This document shows positions 19,110 through 28,169 of a DNA stretch of 64,000 nt, one piece after another. The first letter of the stretch is position 1; each line of letters opens with the position of its first letter. Under the pieces are notes generated by a model, which made no database searches, was not told where the DNA came from, and saw only the letters and a list, made by a program, of their open reading frames with translations. Origin of the DNA: Bdellovibrionota bacterium (GTDB lineage Bacteria; Bdellovibrionota_C; UBA2361; SZUA-149; CAZDWZ01); NCBI GenBank assembly GCA_046328905.1, contig JAXLVP010000001.1, positions 2,030,731-2,094,730 of the forward strand, read 5' to 3'. The position numbers and the translations under genes are program-made.

Positions 19110-20501
19110 ATGAGCACGAACAGTCCTGTCCGCATCACGTTCCACGGTGCCGCACAAACCGTCACCGGCTCGCGCTACCTGATCGAAACGGACAAGCACC
19201 GAGTGCTCATCGACTGCGGGCTTTTTCAAGGAAAAAAAGAGCTGCGGCTGAGGAACTGGGACCGCCCGACGTTTGATCCTGCTTCACTCGACGCCATTGT
19301 GCTTACGCACGCGCACATTGATCACACCGGATATCTGCCGCTGGTGACCAAGCTCGGCTTTACCGGACCAATCTATTGCACTGCGGCTACGAACGAGCTT
19401 GCAGGGCTTCTGCTCCTCGACTCGGCACACTTGCAAGAAGAAGAGGCGAGACACGCAAACAAGGCCGGTTCTTCCAAGCACCACCCTGCGAAACCGCTCT
19501 ATTCGATCCGCGATGCTCAAGCGGCCCTCCGTCAGCTCCAAGTGATTCCGCGCGCCGCGAGGACGGAGATTCTTCCGGGATTCGGAGTCACTCCAGTTTG
19601 CGTCGGGCATATCCTCGGCGCAACGGCGCTCAGGATCGACGCGTGCGGAAAATTGCTGACTTTCTCTGGTGACATCGGCCGCTACGACGCACCAATCCTT
19701 CCAGATCCGAAACCGGTCGATATCGGAGATCTGCTCATTTGCGAATCCACTTACGGAAATCGAGATCACCCGCAGGAGAACACGCTCCCCCGGCTGGCCG
19801 CGATCATCAATCGAGCCGCGGATCGAAAGGGCGCCATCCTGATTCCAGCCTTCGCGCTGGGGCGCACGCAGGATCTGCTCTTTCAGCTTGGTGAACTCGA
19901 AAGGGCAGGCCAGATCCCGGTACTTCCGGTTTACGTCGACAGTCCGATGGCGATCGACGCGACATCCATCTACCGTCGTTATCATAACGACTTCGACCAG
20001 GACGACCAGCGACTTCCAGGGCCGGGACAGCTCCCGCTTCATACCGCGAACACGACCTTCGTCCATACCGCGGAGGAGTCGAAGAGCCTGAACACACTCA
20101 CGGGAAGCCGAATCATCATTGCCGGAAGCGGCATGGTGAACGGCGGTCGCATACTTCACCATATGTTACACTTCCTCGGAGATGAATCGACGACCGCAAT
20201 CTTTGTTGGCTATCAAGCCGAAGAAACGCGAGGGCGGCTGATGCTCGACGGAGCTCCGTCCATTCGCATCTTCGGCGCCAACGTTCCGGTTCGCGCGAAG
20301 ATTGAGGAGCTCTCCGGCATGTCGGCACACGGCGACCGAAACGAGCTCATCCGCTGGGTCAAGAGCTGTCACGGGACGCCCCGGTTCACGAAAATCACTC
20401 ACGGCGAGCCTGACGCAAGCGCGGCATTTTGCACGCTGCTCAAAGAAAGACTGAACATTGAAGCCACTGCGGCCCAGCATTTGGAGACTATCGAGGTATA
20501 A
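19110..20501 (+). CDS. MBL-fold beta-CASP RNA-metabolising hydrolase
   Basis: It shows HAHIDH, a metallo-beta-lactamase fold, a beta-CASP region and a C-terminal RNA-specificity domain. Confidence 0.8.
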   Translation: MSTNSPVRITFHGAAQTVTGSRYLIETDKHRVLIDCGLFQGKKELRLRNWDRPTFDPASLDAIVLTHAHIDHTGYLPLVTKLGFTGPIYCTAATNELAGLLLLDSAHLQEEEARHANKAGSSKHHPAKPLYSIRDAQAALRQLQVIPRAARTEILPGFGVTPVCVGHILGATALRIDACGKLLTFSGDIGRYDAPILPDPKPVDIGDLLICESTYGNRDHPQENTLPRLAAIINRAADRKGAILIPAFALGRTQDLLFQLGELERAGQIPVLPVYVDSPMAIDATSIYRRYHNDFDQDDQRLPGPGQLPLHTANTTFVHTAEESKSLNTLTGSRIIIAGSGMVNGGRILHHMLHFLGDESTTAIFVGYQAEETRGRLMLDGAPSIRIFGANVPVRAKIEELSGMSAHGDRNELIRWVKSCHGTPRFTKITHGEPDASAAFCTLLKERLNIEATAAQHLETIEV

Positions 20502-20504
20502 GCG

Positions 20505-21614
20505 ATGACTGGAAACTCTTTCGGCACTCTGTTTCGGATTACCACGTTCGGCGAAAGCCACGGCCCAGCGCTCGGCGTGATCATCGACGGCTGTCCTGCC
20601 GGGCTCGAGCTCGACCTCAGTCACATCGCGCATGAGCTCGATCGACGCCGCCCGGGCCAATCCACACTGGTCAGTCCACGCCGCGAGCCGGACAACTTCG
20701 AAGTCATGAGCGGGCTTTTCGAAGGTCGCACGACCGGAATGCCCCTGATGATGATCGTCAAAAACGAGGATGTAAAATCGAAAGATTACGCGGCCATCAA
20801 AGACCTGTTCCGCCCCGGACATGCTGACTTCACCTATTTCGCCAAGTATTCGCACCGGGATTATCGCGGCGGCGGCAGATCGTCTGTGCGAGAAACCGTC
20901 GGGCGAGTCATCGGCGGCGCCGTCGCGAAGCAGCTCCTCAAAACAATCGGCGTATCCTTTGTCGGCGGCGTAACTCAGGTCGGCAAAGTCTGCGCGAAGC
21001 GATACGTGTGGGACCAGGTCGAATCGAATGAAATTCGCTCAGTCGATCCAGACACCATCGACGCGATGCGCGAGGAAATCGAGCGCGCGCGAAAAGATCG
21101 TGACTCCGTGGGCGGTGTGCTCGAGGTTCGCGCACTCGGCGTCCCACCCGGCTGGGGCGAGCCCGTCTTCGGTAGGCTCGATGCGGTCATCGCGGGAGCG
21201 ATGATGTCCATCCAGGCTGTAAAAGGTGTCGAGATCGGCGCCGGGTTTGCATCGGCCGCCATGCGCGGCAGCGAGATGAACGACGAGATGTTCCCGGACG
21301 GATTCCACTCGAACAACCACGGCGGTATTCTCGGCGGGTTATCTTCCGGTGCACCGATTGTCGTTCGAATGGTCGTAAAGCCGACCTCCTCCATTCCGAA
21401 GGATCGGCAGACACTCGACGTCAACTTCCAACCGCAAACGATTTCGACAAAAGGACGGCACGATCCGTGCGTCGCGCTTCGCGCCGTTCCAATTGCAGAA
21501 GCCATGCTCGCGCTGGTCCTCGTTGATTTCTGGCTGCAGGATCTCGCCCAGCGGGGCGCGAGAGAGACTTTCGCCCCTGCATCGTCGGTGAAGTACGGGC
21601 TGGTCGAGAAGTAA
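20505..21614 (+). CDS. aroC: Chorismate synthase
   Basis: The N-terminus GNSFGTLFRITTFGESHGPALGVIIDGCPAGL is diagnostic. Confidence 0.95.
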   Translation: MTGNSFGTLFRITTFGESHGPALGVIIDGCPAGLELDLSHIAHELDRRRPGQSTLVSPRREPDNFEVMSGLFEGRTTGMPLMMIVKNEDVKSKDYAAIKDLFRPGHADFTYFAKYSHRDYRGGGRSSVRETVGRVIGGAVAKQLLKTIGVSFVGGVTQVGKVCAKRYVWDQVESNEIRSVDPDTIDAMREEIERARKDRDSVGGVLEVRALGVPPGWGEPVFGRLDAVIAGAMMSIQAVKGVEIGAGFASAAMRGSEMNDEMFPDGFHSNNHGGILGGLSSGAPIVVRMVVKPTSSIPKDRQTLDVNFQPQTISTKGRHDPCVALRAVPIAEAMLALVLVDFWLQDLAQRGARETFAPASSVKYGLVEK

Positions 21615-21637
21615 CTACCGGAGGTCGCGCTTATTCT

Positions 21638-23173
21638 ATGGCGAAAACTATCGTCCCCTCCAAAGAGCTCAACGATGAAAGCCGCGAGCGCGTCCGACGG
21701 GTCGCGGAGCTGAAACCCGGCGCTCGAATTCACATTGCTGGCGTATGCGGCACCGGCACGGCGTCAGTGCTTACGCTTCTCAAAGCGCTCGGCTACCACG
21801 TGACCGGGAGCGACAAAGCCTTTTATCCGCCGATGGGCGATGTGGTCCGCTCTGAAGCCGATCATGTGTTCGAGGGTTATTCCGCCGAAAATTTGCGGGA
21901 ACGTCCGGATCTGGTTGTCATCGGCAACAGCTTGAGCCGAAACAATCCTGAAGTTGAATATGTGCTCGAGCACGATATCCCGTTCGCTTCGATGCCTGAG
22001 GTCTTCGCGGCCCTGCTCATCGGCGATCGAAACCACTGCCCGACATCGATCGTGATCGCCGGCACGCATGGGAAGACGACGACCACCTCGGCCACTTCAG
22101 TTCTTTTCGACGAGGCTGGCCGGAAGCCTGGATATTTCATCGGTGGAATGCCGAATGACCTCCCCGGAAGTATTCGACCGGTTGATCTTGCAATCCCGGT
22201 CGCGGAGCGGGTCGTCGTTCTCGAAGGCGACGAATACGACAGCGCATTCTTCGCCAAATATTCGAAGTTCCATTCGTATCGACCAGATGTTCTCGTCGTC
22301 ACGAGCCTGGAATTCGATCACGCTGATATTTATAACTCGATTGAAGAGATCGAGCTGGAGTTTACGCGCTGTGCTCGGCGCGTGCCCAAGTTCGGTTATC
22401 TCGTAGTCGAAGATAGCGGTGAACGGCTTGGACCCCTGGTAGAACGTTGGAAGTCGGACCCGGAGATTGCGGCGACGATAGTGCGTTACGGCGAACGTCC
22501 CAGCTCTGAATTCAAGCTGCTGAAACGCACTGTCCGCCCCGGTGAGGGCAACATTCGGCAATCACTGGAGATGGAGCTGAGCGGCCTGAAAATCACTTGC
22601 GAAACGCAGCTTTCGGGGGCTCAAAATGCGTACAATTTGCTCGCCGTCGCTGCTGTTGGAAAGCTCCTCGGATTGACGCCTGACCAGATTCAACGAGGCA
22701 TCGCAAAGTTCAGCGGCGTGGCGCGGCGGCAGAACGTCATCGGTGACAAGAACGGGATTCTGATCATCGAGGATTTTGCGCACCATCCGACGGCGGTGCA
22801 GCTCACTCTCGAAGGTTTGAAAGAGATCTATCCGGGACGACGGCTCGTGGCAGTTTTTGAACCGCGGTCGAACACGAGCAGAAGAAACTTTTTCCAGGAG
22901 CAGTACGCCCGAAGCTTCGGCGCGGCCGACATCGCGGTGATTCAAGAGCTGCAGGACACGACGGTCTACAGTAACACCGGTGCTTTCGTTCCGTTCAGCG
23001 TAACGAAGCTTGTCGAGGACCTCAAAGCAAACGGTGTGAACGCCGTGTCAGAGCCGAACGTAGAGAGGATTATTGCGCGGCTCAAAGAAACGGTGGCGGA
23101 GGGTGATGTGGTGGTGCTGATGTCGAACGGAGATTTCGGGGGCCTCCCGAGGCGGTTACCGGCGTCCCTTTAA
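21638..23173 (+). CDS. mpl: UDP-N-acetylmuramate:L-alanyl-gamma-D-glutamyl-meso-DAP ligase (Mpl) / MurC-family ligase
   Basis: N-terminal IHIAGVCGTGTASVLTLLKALGYHVTGSD. It has the Mur ligase central and C-terminal domains. Confidence 0.75.
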   Translation: MAKTIVPSKELNDESRERVRRVAELKPGARIHIAGVCGTGTASVLTLLKALGYHVTGSDKAFYPPMGDVVRSEADHVFEGYSAENLRERPDLVVIGNSLSRNNPEVEYVLEHDIPFASMPEVFAALLIGDRNHCPTSIVIAGTHGKTTTTSATSVLFDEAGRKPGYFIGGMPNDLPGSIRPVDLAIPVAERVVVLEGDEYDSAFFAKYSKFHSYRPDVLVVTSLEFDHADIYNSIEEIELEFTRCARRVPKFGYLVVEDSGERLGPLVERWKSDPEIAATIVRYGERPSSEFKLLKRTVRPGEGNIRQSLEMELSGLKITCETQLSGAQNAYNLLAVAAVGKLLGLTPDQIQRGIAKFSGVARRQNVIGDKNGILIIEDFAHHPTAVQLTLEGLKEIYPGRRLVAVFEPRSNTSRRNFFQEQYARSFGAADIAVIQELQDTTVYSNTGAFVPFSVTKLVEDLKANGVNAVSEPNVERIIARLKETVAEGDVVVLMSNGDFGGLPRRLPASL

Positions 23174-23176
23174 TTC

Positions 23177-23255
23177 CCCTCTGCGTCCTCTGCGTCCTCT
23201 GTGGTTGCATTGAAACGTAAAATGCAACCACAGAGGACGCGGGGGACGCAGAGGG
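23177..23255. terminator. Very long (35-bp arms, 2 mismatches) hairpin between convergent mpl and hemH; probable bidirectional terminator or REP-like palindrome
   Basis: The left arm ccctctgcgtcctctgcgtcctctgtggttgcatt pairs with the right arm aatgcaaccacagaggacgcgggggacgcagaggg. The loop is gaaacgtaa and there is no flanking T-run. Confidence 0.55.
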
Positions 23256-23262
23256 AAAGCGC

Positions 23263-24333
23263 TCAAGCTCTACGAAAAGCCTCGACCCTCTTCTCCGATC
23301 CCTCAGCGTCCTCCCGATGCCAGCCTACTGTGTGTTGGCTGATCAGATCTGCGAACATCTCGATGTGGTCGGGTCGGCTGTTCAGCGCATGGATGTAGCG
23401 GAACTGCTTTCCGCCATGCTCGAGGAAGATCTCTTTGTTCTGCTCCTCGATCTCTTCGATCGTCTCCAAGCAGTCCGCGGCGAAGCCTGGGCAGATAACA
23501 TCGACATCCGTCACCCCGTCTTTGGCGAGCTGCGTGAGCGTGTCGCTGGTGTAGGGGCGCAGCCATTCCTCCTTTCCGAACAGTGATTGGAACGAGATGA
23601 CATATTCCTCGCTCGACAATCTCAGCGCCTCGGCAAGTAAACGACCCGTCTTCTGACAATAGCAGTGATAGGGATCGCCGCCTTCGAAATAGCGTTTCGG
23701 CACACCGTGGAACGACATGAGCAGCTTCTTTGGACGGCCATTCTTCGACCACAGTTCTTGAACCGATGCGGCGAGCGCCGAGATGTAACGCGGGTGATCG
23801 TGATAGCTCATTATCATCCGGAACTCCGGAATCCACCGCCGGGTGTGCAGAACCTCGGTCACACCGTCAAAGACGCTGCCGGTCGTCGTGCCGGAATATT
23901 GCGGGAAAAGCGGAACGACGAGCAGCTTTGTGATGTTTGCGGCTTCAAGCTTCTGCATCGCCGACTCGAGGCTCGGTTTGCCGATGCGCATCCCGAGCTC
24001 GACAGCAAAGCGTCCGGGCGCGAGCTGCTCCAGCCGCGCGCGAAGCGCGTCGCGCTGTTGGATACCGATCGTCAGAAGCGGCGAGCCTTCAGGCGTCCAC
24101 ACTTTCTCGTAAAGCTTCGCCGACTGTTTCGGGCGAAATGGAAGAATGAAGAGGTTCAAAATGAACCACCACTTCAGCCTCGGCACTTCAATCACTCGCG
24201 GATCGGCGAGGAAGGCTTTGAGATACGGGCGCAACGCTGCTGGAGTCGGAGCATCGGGTGTGCCGAGGTTGACGAGCAAGATCCCGATCTTGCGCTCATC
24301 GCCGTGACGGAACTCTGATCTGCCGGTGTACAC
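23263..24333 (-). CDS. hemH: Ferrochelatase
   Basis: GILLVNLGTPDAPT, an internal HxxxE region and typical two-lobe length. Confidence 0.9.
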   Translation of the reverse strand: MYTGRSEFRHGDERKIGILLVNLGTPDAPTPAALRPYLKAFLADPRVIEVPRLKWWFILNLFILPFRPKQSAKLYEKVWTPEGSPLLTIGIQQRDALRARLEQLAPGRFAVELGMRIGKPSLESAMQKLEAANITKLLVVPLFPQYSGTTTGSVFDGVTEVLHTRRWIPEFRMIMSYHDHPRYISALAASVQELWSKNGRPKKLLMSFHGVPKRYFEGGDPYHCYCQKTGRLLAEALRLSSEEYVISFQSLFGKEEWLRPYTSDTLTQLAKDGVTDVDVICPGFAADCLETIEEIEEQNKEIFLEHGGKQFRYIHALNSRPDHIEMFADLISQHTVGWHREDAEGSEKRVEAFRRA

Positions 24334-24490
24334 TCTCTTGTTTCCTGATAAGTTCGGTTAGCCGTTCCGTCGTCCTCTACGAGCGGCTCGGTCAGTCTTC
24401 TGAAAGCGACTCGCCCTACGAATCAGACGAAATCCCCACGCAGAAGATCAAGGCGCGTCCAAGACAAAGATAAGGGAAGTTGAGGTTGGC

Positions 24491-25744
24491 CTACCGAAAG
24501 TTAGCCTGGAGCTGCTCACGCATCTCCGCCCGGAAGTATGCCACCGTCTCACAAAGGATGTCTATCGTGTGGAGCACGGACTCCCGCGAAGCATGTGGAC
24601 CGAACGAGAACCTCAACGTCGAGAGGCACTGTACCACGGAAAGTCCCATACTCCTGAGCACTGTGGATGGTTCGGCGCTTCCCGCCTTGCAGGCGGAACC
24701 CGCGGACACGATGATTCCCCGCTCTGCAAGTGCTTGAACGAGCTCCTGTGCGACGACGCCTTCGAACTGCACGCTCGAGGTGTTCGGCAACCGGTTCATC
24801 GCCGCCCCGTTGATCATTACTTCCGGAATTCGCTCTGCCAGCGCTGCTTCAAAGAAGTCTCGGACGGAGCGCACGCCCTCAGCCATGCCGGCGTCGAGCT
24901 GCTGCTTTCGGTTCTTTGCAGCCTCGCCCTGAGCAACGATCAGAGCTACAGCCTCAGTGCCTCCCCGCCTTCCGCCCTCTTGGCCGCCGCCCTTCACCAC
25001 CGGCTCCCAAAGCGCATTATCGCGAATGACAAGCGCTCCTGAGCCTTTCACTCCGCCAAATTTGTGAGCGGACAGACTGAGCAGATCGACACCGAGCTCC
25101 GCGAAGCTCACCGGGATCTTCCCGATTGCTTGAACAGCGTCTGTATGGACGAGCAGGCCTCTCGCATGCGCCATCTCGACGATCTCCGGCACCGGAAACA
25201 GCACTCCCGTTTCGTTGTTGGCAAGCATAAAGCTCAGAACGCCGGTCTGCGGACGAATTGCTTCGAAAAGCTCGTCGATATTCAGCCTGCCGTTCCGGTT
25301 GACCGAGACCTGGGTCACCTCTACGCCGCACATCGTGCGAAGAAACTCCGCTGCTTCGGTAACGGCCGGATGCTCGACTGCTGAAATGACCAGATGGCGC
25401 TTGTTCTTTTGAGCACGGAAAGCGCCGACCAAAGCTGCGAAACATGATTCGGTGCCGCCGCTTGTGAAGACGACCTGATCGGCTCGGCTCCCCACGAGAT
25501 TGGCGACGTGCCCGCGAGCAGTCTCGATCGCTTCCCTCGCCCGCTGCCCAAGACGATTGGTCTTGCTCGAGGGGTTGCCGAACTCATTCGACAGAAACGG
25601 GCGAACGGCATGCAGCACGCCGTCAGCGATCGGTGCGGTGGAGTTATAGTCGAGATATTCTTCGTTGCCGAAATTCGCGAGAGTTTCGTGCGAAGCTTCG
25701 GAACGGGTCCCGAAGGTTGCATGAACTGTGCGAGCGCCGTCCAT
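24491..25744 (-). CDS. Cysteine desulfurase (class V aminotransferase, IscS/NifS family)
   Basis: YLDYNSTAP, the PLP lysine motif SAHKFGGVKGSGAL and the catalytic SAGSAC. The start is uncertain: the ORF extends to 25831, but the internal Met at 25744 fits family N-termini better. Confidence 0.85.
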   Translation of the reverse strand: MDGARTVHATFGTRSEASHETLANFGNEEYLDYNSTAPIADGVLHAVRPFLSNEFGNPSSKTNRLGQRAREAIETARGHVANLVGSRADQVVFTSGGTESCFAALVGAFRAQKNKRHLVISAVEHPAVTEAAEFLRTMCGVEVTQVSVNRNGRLNIDELFEAIRPQTGVLSFMLANNETGVLFPVPEIVEMAHARGLLVHTDAVQAIGKIPVSFAELGVDLLSLSAHKFGGVKGSGALVIRDNALWEPVVKGGGQEGGRRGGTEAVALIVAQGEAAKNRKQQLDAGMAEGVRSVRDFFEAALAERIPEVMINGAAMNRLPNTSSVQFEGVVAQELVQALAERGIIVSAGSACKAGSAEPSTVLRSMGLSVVQCLSTLRFSFGPHASRESVLHTIDILCETVAYFRAEMREQLQANFR

Positions 25745-25924
25745 ATCGATAAGCCCTTTGCTGGGTTGCGCCGACTGGAAAATACAGCAAGAACAACGCG
25801 CAGTTGTCTGAAAAACAACCGGTTTTGCCAATTACCGGCTCTCAGGGTAACATATCAGAGGGGCGTGATCAAAAATCGCCTAAGCTGTTTGCTCCTTGAG
25901 CCCGAACTGGTCATCTATTGGTCT

Positions 25925-26527
25925 ATGGAACCGATTAGCTTTCTCGTCGCATTTCTTCTCGCCGTCGGCGGCCTCGCGCTCACACTCTATTTCGTCTGGG
26001 TTCTCTTCGATCCGATCATTCGCACCTTCGGCGGTCAGCAGCAGCTTACCCGCACGAAGCGCATGACCGACCGGATTGCTCGCGTGGACTCGCTGATTGA
26101 TGAAAAGCAGTTCAAAGAGGCTCTCAAGCTGCTGCGCTCGGCACCCATTTACGACGTGTTCGAGCGTCCCGAGCTTCTCGCGCTCATCCGAGATCACCAC
26201 CAGAACATTCTCTCCCGCTGTGTAGTTTTAGCCGAGGAGCTGGATACGCATCCGGCGAATCTCGCGGACGTTGAACGTCTCGCGCTGGAGCGCACCGAGC
26301 TTCTGTCGCTCTTCATTCGGGCTCGGGAGTCTTTCAAGAGCTTGAAGTCGCGACGCCAAAAGAACGGCAAAGACGTACCGATGTGGTCCCGTGCCGATTT
26401 CGATCAACGCCTCACCGATATCCAAACCGAGCTGGCGAACAACCGCATCGCCCTCAAAGCCGCATTCGACAAGCTTTTTGACTCCATCGAGTCCTCTCCA
26501 AAGCCGAACGACATCGTTTACCACTAA
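25925..26527 (+). CDS. Hypothetical membrane-anchored protein with a cytoplasmic helical/coiled-coil region
   Basis: One N-terminal TM helix, then charged helical sequence. The start was chosen as the first Met after the desulfurase gene on the opposite strand. Confidence 0.4.
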   Translation: MEPISFLVAFLLAVGGLALTLYFVWVLFDPIIRTFGGQQQLTRTKRMTDRIARVDSLIDEKQFKEALKLLRSAPIYDVFERPELLALIRDHHQNILSRCVVLAEELDTHPANLADVERLALERTELLSLFIRARESFKSLKSRRQKNGKDVPMWSRADFDQRLTDIQTELANNRIALKAAFDKLFDSIESSPKPNDIVYH

Positions 26528-26539
26528 TCCTGGCGATAC

Positions 26540-27202
26540 ATGCTCTGTCCAAAATGTGGAACGAACGTCGGGGATCTGCTCACCCTATGCGAGCGTTGTA
26601 AGGCGGATCAGGTGCAAACGGCTGAACGGGCATCTGCTGAGCAATCCGCGCGTGCGGCCAGTGCTCCGCCGACAGCACCGCGCGATAATCGCCGCCTCAT
26701 CGGGATGCTCGGCGGAGCGGTCGCAATCTTGATGTTTGCGCTCGCCGGTCTGCTGACCTACCAGCACTCACTCTCTCAATCCTCGAGGAAGCTCAGCTCG
26801 GCAGACCAAGCCCTCCTGAGCACGCATTTCAACCGATGCGTTACGGCGTTCAGTGGCAATCAAGCGTTTTTCAGCTCCACCTTTGCAGAAGTTAATGTAA
26901 AGGACCCAAACCTGCTTTTCCGGTTGGCGCCTCAGGCCCTTGCGAGCGCCGATCCGAAGCAACGGTGCGCCGAGGCTAGAGACCAGTGCGCGGAGGACCT
27001 CACCTCTCTAGCCTGCCGCCAATGGATGAAATCGAACAACCTCTTCTTCTCAGCGGTGAAGGCTTGTCAGCTTAACGGATTCGCGTCTTTTCAGTCCGCA
27101 GAGTGTAAGGAGTTCTTCGACACCTGTGTCAAAGCTCAGGGAGAGGGCGCCGCTTGCGAAGCGCTTCAGCGGCATTACGGCGCGGACTCTCCACGAGGCT
27201 AA
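26540..27202 (+). CDS. Hypothetical protein: N-terminal zinc ribbon, one TM helix, Cys-rich C-terminal domain
   Basis: CPKCG...CERCK, the TM segment LIGMLGGAVAILMFALAGLL, and at least 8 Cys in the C-terminal domain. Confidence 0.45.
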   Translation: MLCPKCGTNVGDLLTLCERCKADQVQTAERASAEQSARAASAPPTAPRDNRRLIGMLGGAVAILMFALAGLLTYQHSLSQSSRKLSSADQALLSTHFNRCVTAFSGNQAFFSSTFAEVNVKDPNLLFRLAPQALASADPKQRCAEARDQCAEDLTSLACRQWMKSNNLFFSAVKACQLNGFASFQSAECKEFFDTCVKAQGEGAACEALQRHYGADSPRG

Positions 27203-28158
27203 ATCGACGGCTTCGCGCTGAAGCTCAGTCCGGTCGAAGCGGCGAGACCCTGCAGCAGCTCCGAAGCGCTTTGGACAGATACCAGCTCTCCCGTTTGGAG
27301 GTCGGTAACCTCTAGCCAATCCGCATGGAGCAGAAATCCATCTTCTTCAGGAATGACGTCCGCGAGCCGTGACTTCGCACCATACAGTTCGTCCCCGACA
27401 AGCGGGTGTCCGCTAAACGCCAAATGCGCCCGAATCTGATGGCGCCGCACTCTGTCTCCGAACGCCCGAACGATGCTCGCTTTCTTCCCCGCAAATTGGG
27501 CCGAGAGCAGAACCTCCACCCGAGTCTGAGCCGAAAAGCTGGTTTCGGGGGCGTCACCGACTTCCGCTCGCTCCATCCGCTTTCCATCTTTGCTCTGCCG
27601 AAGCGGGGTGCCCACAGTGTAGGCGGAGCGCTTCACCTCTCCCTCCACGAGCGCGAGATAGCTTTTTCGGATGCGGCCGGACATCAGTGCGTCATGAAAG
27701 AATTCCCAGGCCCGCCGATTGACCGCAGCAAGTACCAGCCCACTTGTCCAGTAATCCAGGCGCTGAACCAGGCCCGCTTCGCGGCTATCCGGCGATGCGG
27801 TGAGACAGCGTGAATCGAGCGCGGCGACGCAATCCGCAAGCGTCACCGGGTCATCGGGTCGTAACCTTACGGTCGGAATTCCTCTCGGCTTTTCGACAAC
27901 GAGATAGCTCTCAGTTCGGAGATGGACATGAATCGGCAATCCCATTTCCGGTTTCGCCGCAGCGTCGCCCGTGTCGAGAAAAACAATCTCATCGCCGGCT
28001 TGAAGAGCCGTCCCCGCGCGTCCAGCCTTACCGTTGACTGAAACTCTGCCGCCCTCGCAGGCTTCTCGCGCTTTCTTGCGGCTGAGCCCCTCGATGTTTG
28101 CACTGAGAAAAACATCGAGACGTTGGTTCGGCTCGGTAACGACGAGCTTGCGCTCCAT
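27199..28158 (-). CDS. RluA-family 23S rRNA / tRNA pseudouridine synthase with an S4 domain
   Basis: An N-terminal S4-like segment, the catalytic motif LVVEKPRGIPT with its Asp-containing core (QRLDYWTSGLVLAA), and HQIRAHLA. Confidence 0.85.
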   Translation of the reverse strand: MERKLVVTEPNQRLDVFLSANIEGLSRKKAREACEGGRVSVNGKAGRAGTALQAGDEIVFLDTGDAAAKPEMGLPIHVHLRTESYLVVEKPRGIPTVRLRPDDPVTLADCVAALDSRCLTASPDSREAGLVQRLDYWTSGLVLAAVNRRAWEFFHDALMSGRIRKSYLALVEGEVKRSAYTVGTPLRQSKDGKRMERAEVGDAPETSFSAQTRVEVLLSAQFAGKKASIVRAFGDRVRRHQIRAHLAFSGHPLVGDELYGAKSRLADVIPEEDGFLLHADWLEVTDLQTGELVSVQSASELLQGLAASTGLSFSAKPSI

Positions 28159-28169
28159 GGAGCTCGCTC

